This document shows positions 55,768 to 64,000 of a stretch of DNA of 64,000 bases, one piece after another; the first letter of the stretch is position 1; each line of letters begins with the position of its first letter. Location: positions 32,001 to 96,000 of the IMG/VR virus record IMGVR_UViG_3300025150_000006; one strand, written 5' to 3'. The translations under genes and the position numbers were made by a program. Origin of the DNA: a virus. The notes beneath the pieces are model-generated. The model was not told the DNA's origin and made no database searches. It saw only the letters and a program-made list of their open reading frames with translations.

Positions 55768-56760
55768 TTGGACACGCGCACCGTTGTGCTCTCTGTTCCC
55801 GTGGCCGTCATCGAGCGCATCTGTCTACAGACAGAAGTTCTGCTCCGACATGCACTGTCCCTGGGTGGACAGGCCACGATGACCGATTTCTTCCAAGCCC
55901 TGAGTAGGGCAACACCGACCGAGTTGCGGTCGTTCGGTGGTCGGCCAGGGCTCCGGCACCTTGTCAGCCGGATCCTCGTCGCAAAGGGCCTTCTCCGGGC
56001 CAACCTGCGGACGATGAAGTGGTTGCTCACCCCGAAGGGTCGAGCACTGGTGACCCCAACCAAGCGTCGTACCTCCAGGTCAAAGACTTCCAGTGGGAAC
56101 GCGACCTCCAAGTGGTTGGACAAGCACCTCAAACCCGCGAAGGGCGAGACGGAGAGTGAACTCTACAGCAAGTTGAAAAGTGCATTGAGCTGGAAGCTCC
56201 CTGTGTCGGCCAGCTCGGGCATGATCGAAGACCATGTCCAGAACTTCCTGCTTCGGGCCATCCGGCGTGATTCCTTCGCCCACCTTCTGGAGGATGGGAA
56301 GGACCTCCCCTACGCCAAGGTCTGTGCCTACTGCGTGAACTCTGGTCGAACTGATGCTCGTGACATGAGCACGGAGCCGGTCTGCCGGGAGTTGTACGGG
56401 GCCAGGACTGAGAAAGAACGTAAGGAATACCGACCCTACAATGGAGTCGTCCAGGGCGAGAGAGTCCTGGACTCTGATGGGAACTTCATTTCCCCTGAGA
56501 ACGTCACAGTGATCGACGAGACGGCCTCTGATTTCGAGACCATCTGGTCTCAGATCGAGAACGTGGTACACGACCACAAGCCCAATGCCTGGGAGCGCTA
56601 CTCTGGTATCCTTGCGATGCGGGCCTATGGCCTCAACCCCAGTGAGATCGCACAGGCCGAGGGTGTGAGCCGCAACCGTGCCGCCTCAATGCTAGCAGAA
56701 GCTCGACGGTGTGTTCGCAGCAGTTACGCTGCGGGTCATCTGGAAGGATACCTGGCCTAG
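55768..56760 (+). CDS. ECF-type sigma-factor-like protein with N-terminal wHTH (only credible plus-strand gene)
   Basis: AGGAGG RBS + TTG; EDHVQNFLLR (region 2-like); GLNPSEIAQAEGVSRNRAASMLAEARR (region 4). Confidence 0.65.
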   Translation: MDTRTVVLSVPVAVIERICLQTEVLLRHALSLGGQATMTDFFQALSRATPTELRSFGGRPGLRHLVSRILVAKGLLRANLRTMKWLLTPKGRALVTPTKRRTSRSKTSSGNATSKWLDKHLKPAKGETESELYSKLKSALSWKLPVSASSGMIEDHVQNFLLRAIRRDSFAHLLEDGKDLPYAKVCAYCVNSGRTDARDMSTEPVCRELYGARTEKERKEYRPYNGVVQGERVLDSDGNFISPENVTVIDETASDFETIWSQIENVVHDHKPNAWERYSGILAMRAYGLNPSEIAQAEGVSRNRAASMLAEARRCVRSSYAAGHLEGYLA

Positions 56761-57182
56761 TCGAACTCTGCTTCCAGTTCGAAATCGTCGAACTCGTCAG
56801 ACCCAGGTTGAGTCTTTTGAAGACTCGCCGCCTCTGACTCCGACATCGTCGGACCTTTGCGAGCGACGGGATCTGTCTGAGCCATGTTCAGCAGATCCCA
56901 AGCCCCACCACCCGGTACTTTTGTCCCGGTTGCCCGAAGTTGCCGAACGAACAGGAGCATGATTCGCTCGACGTGCTGCATCGTCAAGCCTTCTGCTACC
57001 AAGCGTCGTCCAAAGCCTTGGGTGTTGGCTGCTACGGTCTGGCTGAACAGGTCCTTCCCTGTCAACCCGCTGATGTAGTCCTCCCATTCAGGGAGATTTT
57101 GTGGACCATTCATCTCACCCACCGATGGGACTGTATGTCCCTGTACTCCTACTACGGAGTAGGGTAGATAGTTGAGCCCCAC
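56757..57182 (-). CDS. Hypothetical protein
   Basis: Starts 3 nt after the SNF2 stop; convergent with the sigma-like gene. Confidence 0.55.
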   Translation of the reverse strand: MGLNYLPYSVVGVQGHTVPSVGEMNGPQNLPEWEDYISGLTGKDLFSQTVAANTQGFGRRLVAEGLTMQHVERIMLLFVRQLRATGTKVPGGGAWDLLNMAQTDPVARKGPTMSESEAASLQKTQPGSDEFDDFELEAEFD

Positions 57183-57185
57183 CCA

Positions 57186-60100
57186 TCAAACTCTTCCCAG
57201 CATTGGAGAAGTCATCAGCTCGGTGACCTTGTGGTTGAGGTTCCAGTTGGAAGCATCTCGCTTCTTGACCCCTTCCCACTCGGCTCCCAAAGCGATGATC
57301 TGGGCGTCCTTGATGATGCGGTCAAAAATAGCCCCATCCATCTCCTGGAAAGAACGACGGATCTGGTCCAGGGTGATGTCGTTCTCGTTGCGAGGAACAC
57401 CCCCATCGTCACCTGCGTAGGTGAGATCCAGGTTGACCTCATCGACCACCTGCTCCTGGCCCTGCCTCCAGGCCCGAGCCGTTCGTTGCTTCATCGACTC
57501 ACTGTTCCAGGAGTCCCGGTCGAGGTGGATGACCGTATTGAAGCTCTGGAGGTTGTGCCCGTACATATAGGTCTTGCCGAGCAGCGTGGCTGTCGCGATA
57601 GACGGGTCGGGGTTGACGATCTCCTTGAGCACAAACTGTTGCCAGTCGTCGGCCAAATACGTCTGATGAACTCCCTGCTTGCCAGGGAGTGCCGGATGCT
57701 TCTTGTACGCCTTCTTCACGAAGGGGAGCTGCAACACCGAGACCCCACCGGTCTCAGCCAAGATGGCCTTGCGCTTCTCGGGGTCCTTGACCAACTTGTT
57801 GAGGAGGTTGAGGTCCAGTGGATAGACGAGCTTGGTCAGTTCCGCCCCACCCCGGAAGAAGTGGATGGCATCGTTCAAAGCGACGACGTGTGTTCCGGCC
57901 AGGGTACTGGCCAAATGCTGGCCAGCCTCCATGCACATTTCACGGTCGTCGGAGAACAGCAGTGCTCGGGAGCCTTGTGCTCGCTCCAACTTGGCAGCGA
58001 TGGTCTCCTCAGCGGCAGCGATCTTTGGGTTGCCGATGCTGTTGGCCATCCCCTCCAGGTCGGCTGGGGTGTAACTCGTCTGCCATTTCTTGAGCACCGC
58101 GAGGAAGTTCTTGGGCAGGGGGCGAGGATCCCCATTGGCATCTACGAAGTCAGGCAGGTATCCCTTCTCAATGGCGAAGGCCACATCCCGCAGAGCCTTT
58201 GCCGGTCGGTTCGCCATCTCCGTGAGGAGTTTGATGATGGGAGCCAGGGCTCGGCTGAACACCTTCTCGGCCTGGCGGTCACCGTAGGCGTCGGTCTTCT
58301 TACGCTCACGGAACTTCCGAGCGGCTCCTTCCATGACCGTAGCAAAACCCGAGGTGACATCACGGTAGATGGCTTCCACCTGAGGAGGCATCTCCACTGG
58401 GGTGTCCGTGACCGTAGGCTTGGGGAGCTTGTACTCTTTCACGTCGGTCTTGTCGGCGTGAAAGATGTTGCGCTTCACCCAGGTGTGCAGGTCCCGTTGA
58501 ACCAACGGATCCTGCTTGATACCGACGATGCGACCACCCACGACCTCACAGAATCTCTCCTTGAATCGCCGCATCTCCTTGCGGTTGTCCTTGGCCTCGA
58601 TGCTTTGACCGAACAGAGGGGTGTTGTTCGTGATGGCGGCCAGAACGTAGGCCTCCATCGGGTTCCGCTCCATCGGGGAAGCAGTGAGGCAGATTTTGCG
58701 AGGATGGTGGAGCTTGAGTGCTGCCTGTGATGCCCCATTCGAGGGGTTCTTCATCGCCTGCGCCTCGTCGAAGAAGATGCCGGCGTACAGGGCAGGATCC
58801 CAAGCCTTCTTGCTTGTGTAGGCCATGGCGGCCTTGGTGCGCCCGGCCTGCTTGCCACGAGCCATGCGGCCCTTCCAGAACGGGATAGACCGAAGGGCTC
58901 GGGGGACATTTCCAGACTTCGAGGCTCCACTGAACTGGTGATAGGAGAGCACGTCCACCCGGTCGAGCATGACCTTGGGATCGGACAGCATTGCTCGCAG
59001 CTCCTTCTTGATGTTGCCCCGCAGACTGGTAGGGCACACGAAAAGGAACCGGCCGTTCGTCTGGACCTCGACTCCATCGGGTCGAGTGTATGTCGCATCG
59101 GTTTCAGCCAGGCCATCACGGACGAGCTTGAGCATCATCCCGATCGAGGTAGCCGTGTTGTGGTTCAGCACCCCATTGCCGACAAAGCAGTGGGAGGGGT
59201 CGTCCACTTCGATGTCTACCACTACGGCATCCGACTCCTTCAGAACCTCAATGGGGTCATAGAAGAAGTGGCGGTCCACCACAGTGGCAATAGCTTTGAA
59301 GCTCGGATGCTCGTGGCAGCCCGCATCGACCGCCAGCGAGAGCATCCCCCGCAGGAACGAATACGTCGGATTCCGGCGACCGAGCCGGATGTGGTTCACG
59401 GTGTTGTCGAAACTGGCCGACCCCATCTTGCGGCGGAATGCGGAGACGTTCATGCCAACAGCGGACAGCATGGCGTCGAACAACCCACCCACCGCAGGGG
59501 CCAGATGAGGCACTACGTCGAGGTTGCTGTTGCGGGTAGCAGGCACGTCCTTCGAAGCTGCTATCTTGCGGTCTGATACGAAACCGATGACCTGTTGATA
59601 GGTCACGGCATCTTGGCCACAGATAGTCACCCGCCAGTAGGTGTGGTCGTAGCCCTTGACCCTCTTCGGGTTCCGGGAGCAGACGATGCCGAATCGGAGC
59701 AAGAGAACCTGCACCTCACGCCCAAGTTGCTCGGACGCCGTGCTGAACTCTATGTGGCTTTGACCCTCGCCCTGAACGTGTCCTTCAGCGTCCACCAGCC
59801 CACGAATGAATTGTCGTACCGTCTCCCTGGAGGAGCGCAGGATGATCCCGGGGACTGTTTTGTCCTTGGCGAGCCCCATCCCCACGCCCATACGGGTCAG
59901 ATAGTCCCGCAGGAAGACACTCGGAATGCGGATGTCCTTCTCTGGACGGGCAGTCCAGCCCATGAGACGTTGAAGCAAATCTTCGATGTCGGCTCGGACT
60001 TCGGGGTTCTTTTCTGGGCACTGGCTGATGGTGAAAGTCGCTCGGTTGTTGGTCCAGCCCTCACCCACGATGTAGCCCAGCAACCGCCCCAACTCAGGGG

Positions 60101-62261
60101 TCATCCGGTCAGGGACTGGGAACACCTGTAAATTTCCATTGGTGAAGGTCACGTCAGGGTTCTTGCTGGGCTGCTGAAACTCTGCCCTCAACGGGAGTGA
60201 CAGCAGCGGGTCTTCAGCGGGGAAGGGGGCGTCCTTGCGCTCGATGCACAGATAGTCGCCTGCTTCCAGATTTGGGGTTTGCACCCATGCTTCCTGACCA
60301 TCTGGGGTCCGAACCAGCAAAGGGTGGATGAGTGACCCCTCGACCTCGTAGCCCCTGTGGGTGCGGACCTGGATGGTTTGCCTCGGACCGCCATAGTAGA
60401 AGTTCTTGACTGGTAGGGCCTTGCCATCAACCAACACCGACCAGCCTTCAACCGGGACGGTCGTGTCAGGTTCAGTGACCCCCGGATTCATGGCTCCAAT
60501 GGGGATCACACCCTTATTTGTGGTGATGAGGGTGCTCTCCACCACGCACTTCCCGACACCAGTTTCTAGGGCACAGACGCCCGAGTTGCCGTTGGAGTCC
60601 ATCCAGGCAATGGATTCCCGCTGCTTCTCACGGAGGTCAAAAGCGTTCCAGTTTCCATCCTTGTCGAACGAGCCCTTCACGAACTGGAACTGCTCACCCT
60701 CCTCGTTCTCCGATGACAGAGCCTCGGGGGCGTAGGCATCCAGGTTCTTGGTGGCGGCTTCTGCCCGAGCCAACTCCTTGTAATAGGTCTTGACCTCGCC
60801 CAGGGCGGCAGGGGAGAGCGACATCCCCTGCAAGGTCTCCATCACGATGCCGAAGTCCTTGGGGTCAAAATAGAAGCCCGCCGCTCGGCTCCCCGCCACT
60901 GCCTCGTAGCTGACCGAGGGGATACACCCCTTCTGTGTACCTGTGTTGCAGGACAGTTCCTTGAGAGCGTTGCGGAGCACGGCATTCTGCCGGGTGCCAT
61001 CAATCTTGAGGTAGAGCTTCTTCGTCTTGATGGTGAGGGGTTTGCCTTGGAACCGTCGTTGGGTCACAACCTCAGCAACAGTGACATAGGGCTCACGCTC
61101 GGAAGGGTCGATGACCTTCGGGACACTGGACTCACGACCCTTCTTCACGTCGTAGGTGTAGATCGTGCCCTCGATGAGGCGACCCTCGGAGTTGATCAGG
61201 TCATCGAGAAACACGCCTTTGTAGCGACCCTCAGCGACGACCTTGTACTCCTCCACACGGGTCTCACCGGTCTCCTGACTGTTGATGAACCGGGTCACCC
61301 GCTTCGTTGGGAAGAGACGGGTCAACTTGCCCTGCTTGGCCTTGTCGTCGGTGATAGCATCCCACTCCAGGTCCCCGGACAGCCCAGCCAGATCACTGTC
61401 GGAGAGCAGTCGCAGTTCCTCGGGAGGAACTACCGTCCGGTGAGGAACTCGGGATAGCAGGGCCATGGCATCGGACTTCGTCCGCACCTTCGCGAAGAAA
61501 TCCTCTTTCGGGAGAACTTCCCCATCCCGGTCGTGGACCATCTCTTCGCCCGTGGCGGGGTCTACGGACAGGACAACCGGGCGCCCTGCGAGGAAACCTT
61601 TCTTGACCTCTTTACCGGACTCTACGATTTGGGTTTCGAGGTTGGCATCGATCTCTGCCATCGTCTGCCCGAGCTTCTCCATCAGGGCGTAACTCTCAGG
61701 ATCCTCATCCTTGAGCAGCTCGAACTTCTCTTGCCGGGGAGACATTTTGCGGAAAGTGGCCCATCGTTCCCGACCCATCTGGCGAGTGGGCTTGAAAAAG
61801 ACCCCCTTGTCACGGGCAATCTGAATCAGGAGAGGGACCATTGTGGCGTTGAACTCGCCCCAGTAGAGGGGCATCATCCGACCTTGCAGAAGACGGAGGA
61901 TGGTCCGGTCAATGTTCGGACGAGTCAAAGCGATGGCATTGACGGCAGCGGGGCTCAAAGGAGCCCCGTCCACCGGGCTGGTGATCTGAGCAATCCGGTC
62001 GGCTGCCCGCTTGTAGATGGTCTTCAGGTCCTTCGGGACTGGTGCCCCAAGGCTGATCTTCCGCATCTGGATGTAGAACTCGAAGATGGCAATCCCACGA
62101 AGAGTGAAAGCCTTACGGAGCCTCATCCAGATCGACGGAGGGATGAGCCCATCAGCTTCGCCAAGATCCTTGGCGAGTTGCTTAGGGTCCACCCCTTGGA
62201 GTTCCTGCGTGACATCCTCGGCCAGACGCAGGAACCCGGTCTCTTCCAGCCCAACGCTCAT
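57186..62261 (-). CDS. SNF2/SWI2-family SF2 helicase with long N-terminal extension and intein (mature about 1227 aa)
   Basis: ETGVGK|T, FVCPTSL, FFDEAQ, LTASPMERN, GHNLQ, QRTARAWRQGQ. Confidence 0.85.
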   Translation of the reverse strand: MSVGLEETGFLRLAEDVTQELQGVDPKQLAKDLGEADGLIPPSIWMRLRKAFTLRGIAIFEFYIQMRKISLGAPVPKDLKTIYKRAADRIAQITSPVDGAPLSPAAVNAIALTRPNIDRTILRLLQGRMMPLYWGEFNATMVPLLIQIARDKGVFFKPTRQMGRERWATFRKMSPRQEKFELLKDEDPESYALMEKLGQTMAEIDANLETQIVESGKEVKKGFLAGRPVVLSVDPATGEEMVHDRDGEVLPKEDFFAKVRTKSDAMALLSRVPHRTVVPPEELRLLSDSDLAGLSGDLEWDAITDDKAKQGKLTRLFPTKRVTRFINSQETGETRVEEYKVVAEGRYKGVFLDDLINSEGRLIEGTIYTYDVKKGRESSVPKVIDPSEREPYVTVAEVVTQRRFQGKPLTIKTKKLYLKIDGTRQNAVLRNALKELSCNTGTQKGCIPSVSYEAVAGSRAAGFYFDPKDFGIVMETLQGMSLSPAALGEVKTYYKELARAEAATKNLDAYAPEALSSENEEGEQFQFVKGSFDKDGNWNAFDLREKQRESIAWMDSNGNSGVCALETGVGKCVVESTLITTNKGVIPIGAMNPGVTEPDTTVPVEGWSVLVDGKALPVKNFYYGGPRQTIQVRTHRGYEVEGSLIHPLLVRTPDGQEAWVQTPNLEAGDYLCIERKDAPFPAEDPLLSLPLRAEFQQPSKNPDVTFTNGNLQVFPVPDRMTPELGRLLGYIVGEGWTNNRATFTISQCPEKNPEVRADIEDLLQRLMGWTARPEKDIRIPSVFLRDYLTRMGVGMGLAKDKTVPGIILRSSRETVRQFIRGLVDAEGHVQGEGQSHIEFSTASEQLGREVQVLLLRFGIVCSRNPKRVKGYDHTYWRVTICGQDAVTYQQVIGFVSDRKIAASKDVPATRNSNLDVVPHLAPAVGGLFDAMLSAVGMNVSAFRRKMGSASFDNTVNHIRLGRRNPTYSFLRGMLSLAVDAGCHEHPSFKAIATVVDRHFFYDPIEVLKESDAVVVDIEVDDPSHCFVGNGVLNHNTATSIGMMLKLVRDGLAETDATYTRPDGVEVQTNGRFLFVCPTSLRGNIKKELRAMLSDPKVMLDRVDVLSYHQFSGASKSGNVPRALRSIPFWKGRMARGKQAGRTKAAMAYTSKKAWDPALYAGIFFDEAQAMKNPSNGASQAALKLHHPRKICLTASPMERNPMEAYVLAAITNNTPLFGQSIEAKDNRKEMRRFKERFCEVVGGRIVGIKQDPLVQRDLHTWVKRNIFHADKTDVKEYKLPKPTVTDTPVEMPPQVEAIYRDVTSGFATVMEGAARKFRERKKTDAYGDRQAEKVFSRALAPIIKLLTEMANRPAKALRDVAFAIEKGYLPDFVDANGDPRPLPKNFLAVLKKWQTSYTPADLEGMANSIGNPKIAAAEETIAAKLERAQGSRALLFSDDREMCMEAGQHLASTLAGTHVVALNDAIHFFRGGAELTKLVYPLDLNLLNKLVKDPEKRKAILAETGGVSVLQLPFVKKAYKKHPALPGKQGVHQTYLADDWQQFVLKEIVNPDPSIATATLLGKTYMYGHNLQSFNTVIHLDRDSWNSESMKQRTARAWRQGQEQVVDEVNLDLTYAGDDGGVPRNENDITLDQIRRSFQEMDGAIFDRIIKDAQIIALGAEWEGVKKRDASNWNLNHKVTELMTSPMLGRV
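59157..60548 (-). mobile_element. Class 1 intein (464 aa, LAGLIDADG) in SNF2 Walker A
   Basis: GK|CVVEST...GYIVGEG...FIRGLVDAEG...VGNGVLNHN|T. Confidence 0.92.
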
Positions 62262-62270
62262 CGTCTGCCC

Positions 62271-64000
62271 CTAGTCTTCGTCCCACTCAAGCCAGGCGTT
62301 CACGGTGCGGGGCACTGGCTCTGAGGCCATCTTGGACCCGGCCTCCGGGTAGGATGCCGACAGGATGCGGCTGTACTTGCAGTCCGCCGTCTTGCCGTGA
62401 GTCTCGAAGTAGTTGGTGATGTGCTGGTGCTGAGCAGCTCGACGACGGTGCAGACCCGAGGCCAAACGTCCTGCCTCGGCCCGCATCTCGGAGCAGGCGG
62501 ACAACCCGAGGGAAGCGACCTTGTCGGTGAACCCGTAGAGGCCGTAGCTGCGAGCGGTCTTGTTGGTCTTCTCGTCGTCCTTGTCCTCACCAACGACCGG
62601 AACACCCGAGACGGCCTGGACACCGCGCTGAGCCCGCAGCTCTTCGAGGCGAGCCGTCCGCTTCATCTCGGCGGCCACCTTCGGTCCGATCTCTCCGAGT
62701 GCGGACACGAGAATGTGAGCCGGCAGGGAGTCGGCACGCTTGGCGTGGGTGCTCAGGAACTCCGCGACCTTCGCGTTCTTGGCGTAAACCGAACGAGCGA
62801 TGGTGGCGGCGGCCTTTTGAGCCTTGCGGATGCAAGAATCGCAGTCAGCCTGGACCCGCTTGGTGTGGCCGTACAGGCCACTGCCTGCCTCCTTGTCCTG
62901 GGCAGCGAGCTTGAATCCCTTGTCCTTCATGTAGGGCTTGGCCAGGCGGTAAGCTGCGGGAGAGGTGAGATGGCTTGCTCTCGTTCCCACATCAGCCAGG
63001 GTCTCCGCGAGAGGTAGTGGGACATTGTAGAGGTCTACCACCCGGGCCTGATCTCGGAGGTCATCCTCGATGAGCTTGCGGTCTCCAGAGGACCAGTAGG
63101 ACCAGATGTAGGCATCCCGTGCATTGTCCGTGGCACCAAACAGAGTGTTGTTGTTGATCACCAGGGCGTACATGGGGACGGATTCAACCGGCTTGGCGGC
63201 CCGCTTGGTCTGGTTGCCCGAGCCATCAGGGGTCTCTGACCCTTCGCCCAGGGAGTCGTCCTCAGGGTCATCGGTGAGGTGGCCCGAGTCCCAGCCGTCG
63301 GGAACACGAGAACCTTCCTCGAAGGAAGCGGCAGCGGTTTTCTCGTTGCCCTTGTCCTTCTTGCCATCCGCGTGCTCCTTGGTGATGTTCACCTTGCGGA
63401 TCTTGGCGAGCAGTTCTAGGCCAGGAGCGAACGAGAGCTTGCGGCCCTGGTAGCCGAGATCCCAGGCGGCCATCTCCAGAGCACCATCCAGGTCGGATGC
63501 CTCGGTCAACTCACCACGGGTCCAGTCCCAGAAGGCTTTGAGGGCCTTGCCGTTCTTGGTGTTGGGGTCCTCCGAATCCGGGACCTTGGCCTGCCACTTC
63601 TTGAGATCCGCCTTGGCAGCGGTCTTGAACTTGTCCTTGTTCTTGAGGTTCTCCAGACGCCACTTCTTGGCGTCCTCCTCGCTCATGTTCTCGGTGGGGT
63701 CCGCCTTCTCGCCTTCCTCGAACTTGGCGAGTTGCTCATCCCCACCAGCGAACCGAACCGGCCGTCCACGGGCATCCTCAAGATGGATGCTCTCGATAGA
63801 GGGATCACTTTCGAGTCCTCGGAGGGTGCGCTTCAAGTGAGACAGGGACGAGTCATCCGCATTGATGGTGTAGACCACATAGTCCCGGTACTTCTTCTCG
63901 GTCTTCAGGCTGTAACCGTTGAGGATGCTCTTGATGATGGGCAACGCAGAAGGATTCTCGAACCGGACCGTGATCTCATACCCGGAGTCGAAGTCACCAG
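62271..64000 (-). CDS. Large modular late protein, 5' end beyond window edge, with two GLYG repeats
   Basis: Frame stays open upstream of the TTG at 63944 to the window end; many KTA/KRA/KEA/RTA borders; GLYGHTKRV and GLYGFTDKV repeats. Confidence 0.75.
   Translation of the reverse strand, partial: GDFDSGYEITVRFENPSALPIIKSILNGYSLKTEKKYRDYVVYTINADDSSLSHLKRTLRGLESDPSIESIHLEDARGRPVRFAGGDEQLAKFEEGEKADPTENMSEEDAKKWRLENLKNKDKFKTAAKADLKKWQAKVPDSEDPNTKNGKALKAFWDWTRGELTEASDLDGALEMAAWDLGYQGRKLSFAPGLELLAKIRKVNITKEHADGKKDKGNEKTAAASFEEGSRVPDGWDSGHLTDDPEDDSLGEGSETPDGSGNQTKRAAKPVESVPMYALVINNNTLFGATDNARDAYIWSYWSSGDRKLIEDDLRDQARVVDLYNVPLPLAETLADVGTRASHLTSPAAYRLAKPYMKDKGFKLAAQDKEAGSGLYGHTKRVQADCDSCIRKAQKAAATIARSVYAKNAKVAEFLSTHAKRADSLPAHILVSALGEIGPKVAAEMKRTARLEELRAQRGVQAVSGVPVVGEDKDDEKTNKTARSYGLYGFTDKVASLGLSACSEMRAEAGRLASGLHRRRAAQHQHITNYFETHGKTADCKYSRILSASYPEAGSKMASEPVPRTVNAWLEWDED

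Noticed and set aside
1-64000. Bacterial chromosome origin, stop-codon recoding, tRNA/rRNA genes
   Set aside because: Terminase/portal, intein load and gene order indicate a phage; TAG and TGA both terminate well-coupled genes; no tRNA or rRNA pattern recognised by eye (tRNAscan-SE would be decisive)

Overview
The window looks like a 64 kb stretch of a large, GC-rich dsDNA (jumbo-type) bacteriophage genome. Genes are almost all on the minus strand and tightly coupled; no rRNA, tRNA or CRISPR array was recognised. About 1-26.0 kb is a late/virion block: a 2115-aa multi-module polyprotein (CCA-type nucleotidyltransferase, HExxH module, topoisomerase IB, Zn finger), a DNA MTase, a probable portal, a terminase large subunit with two inteins, fibre-like proteins and many unknown proteins. 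About 26.1-53.3 kb is a transcription/replication/recombination block: tandem sigma-4 protein, NusG paralogue, DnaX/HolA/HolB/DnaN-like clamp system, TOPRIM primase, split SbcC, SbcD, Cas4-like nuclease, RecA, RuvC, SSB, RecD2 and class II RNR with two inteins. About 53.3-53.8 kb is a repeat-dense non-coding region (origin candidate), followed by two sigma-like genes, an intein-containing SNF2 helicase and another modular protein. Most notable: (1) a recurrent [KR]-x-A / R-[VL]-A-x-R-[YWF] peptide code marks module borders in late proteins, a candidate maturation/packaging signal; (2) an HNH endonuclease gene sits out of frame inside the polyprotein, keeps the host frame open and re-supplies a recoded copy of the interrupted module starting at that motif, suggesting a mobile element neutralised by polyprotein processing rather than by intron or intein splicing; (3) six inteins, including class-3 (Ala1/Pro1) types and a related pair in different genes at the same N|CAF site. 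All calls come from motif recognition by eye; no database searches were run.
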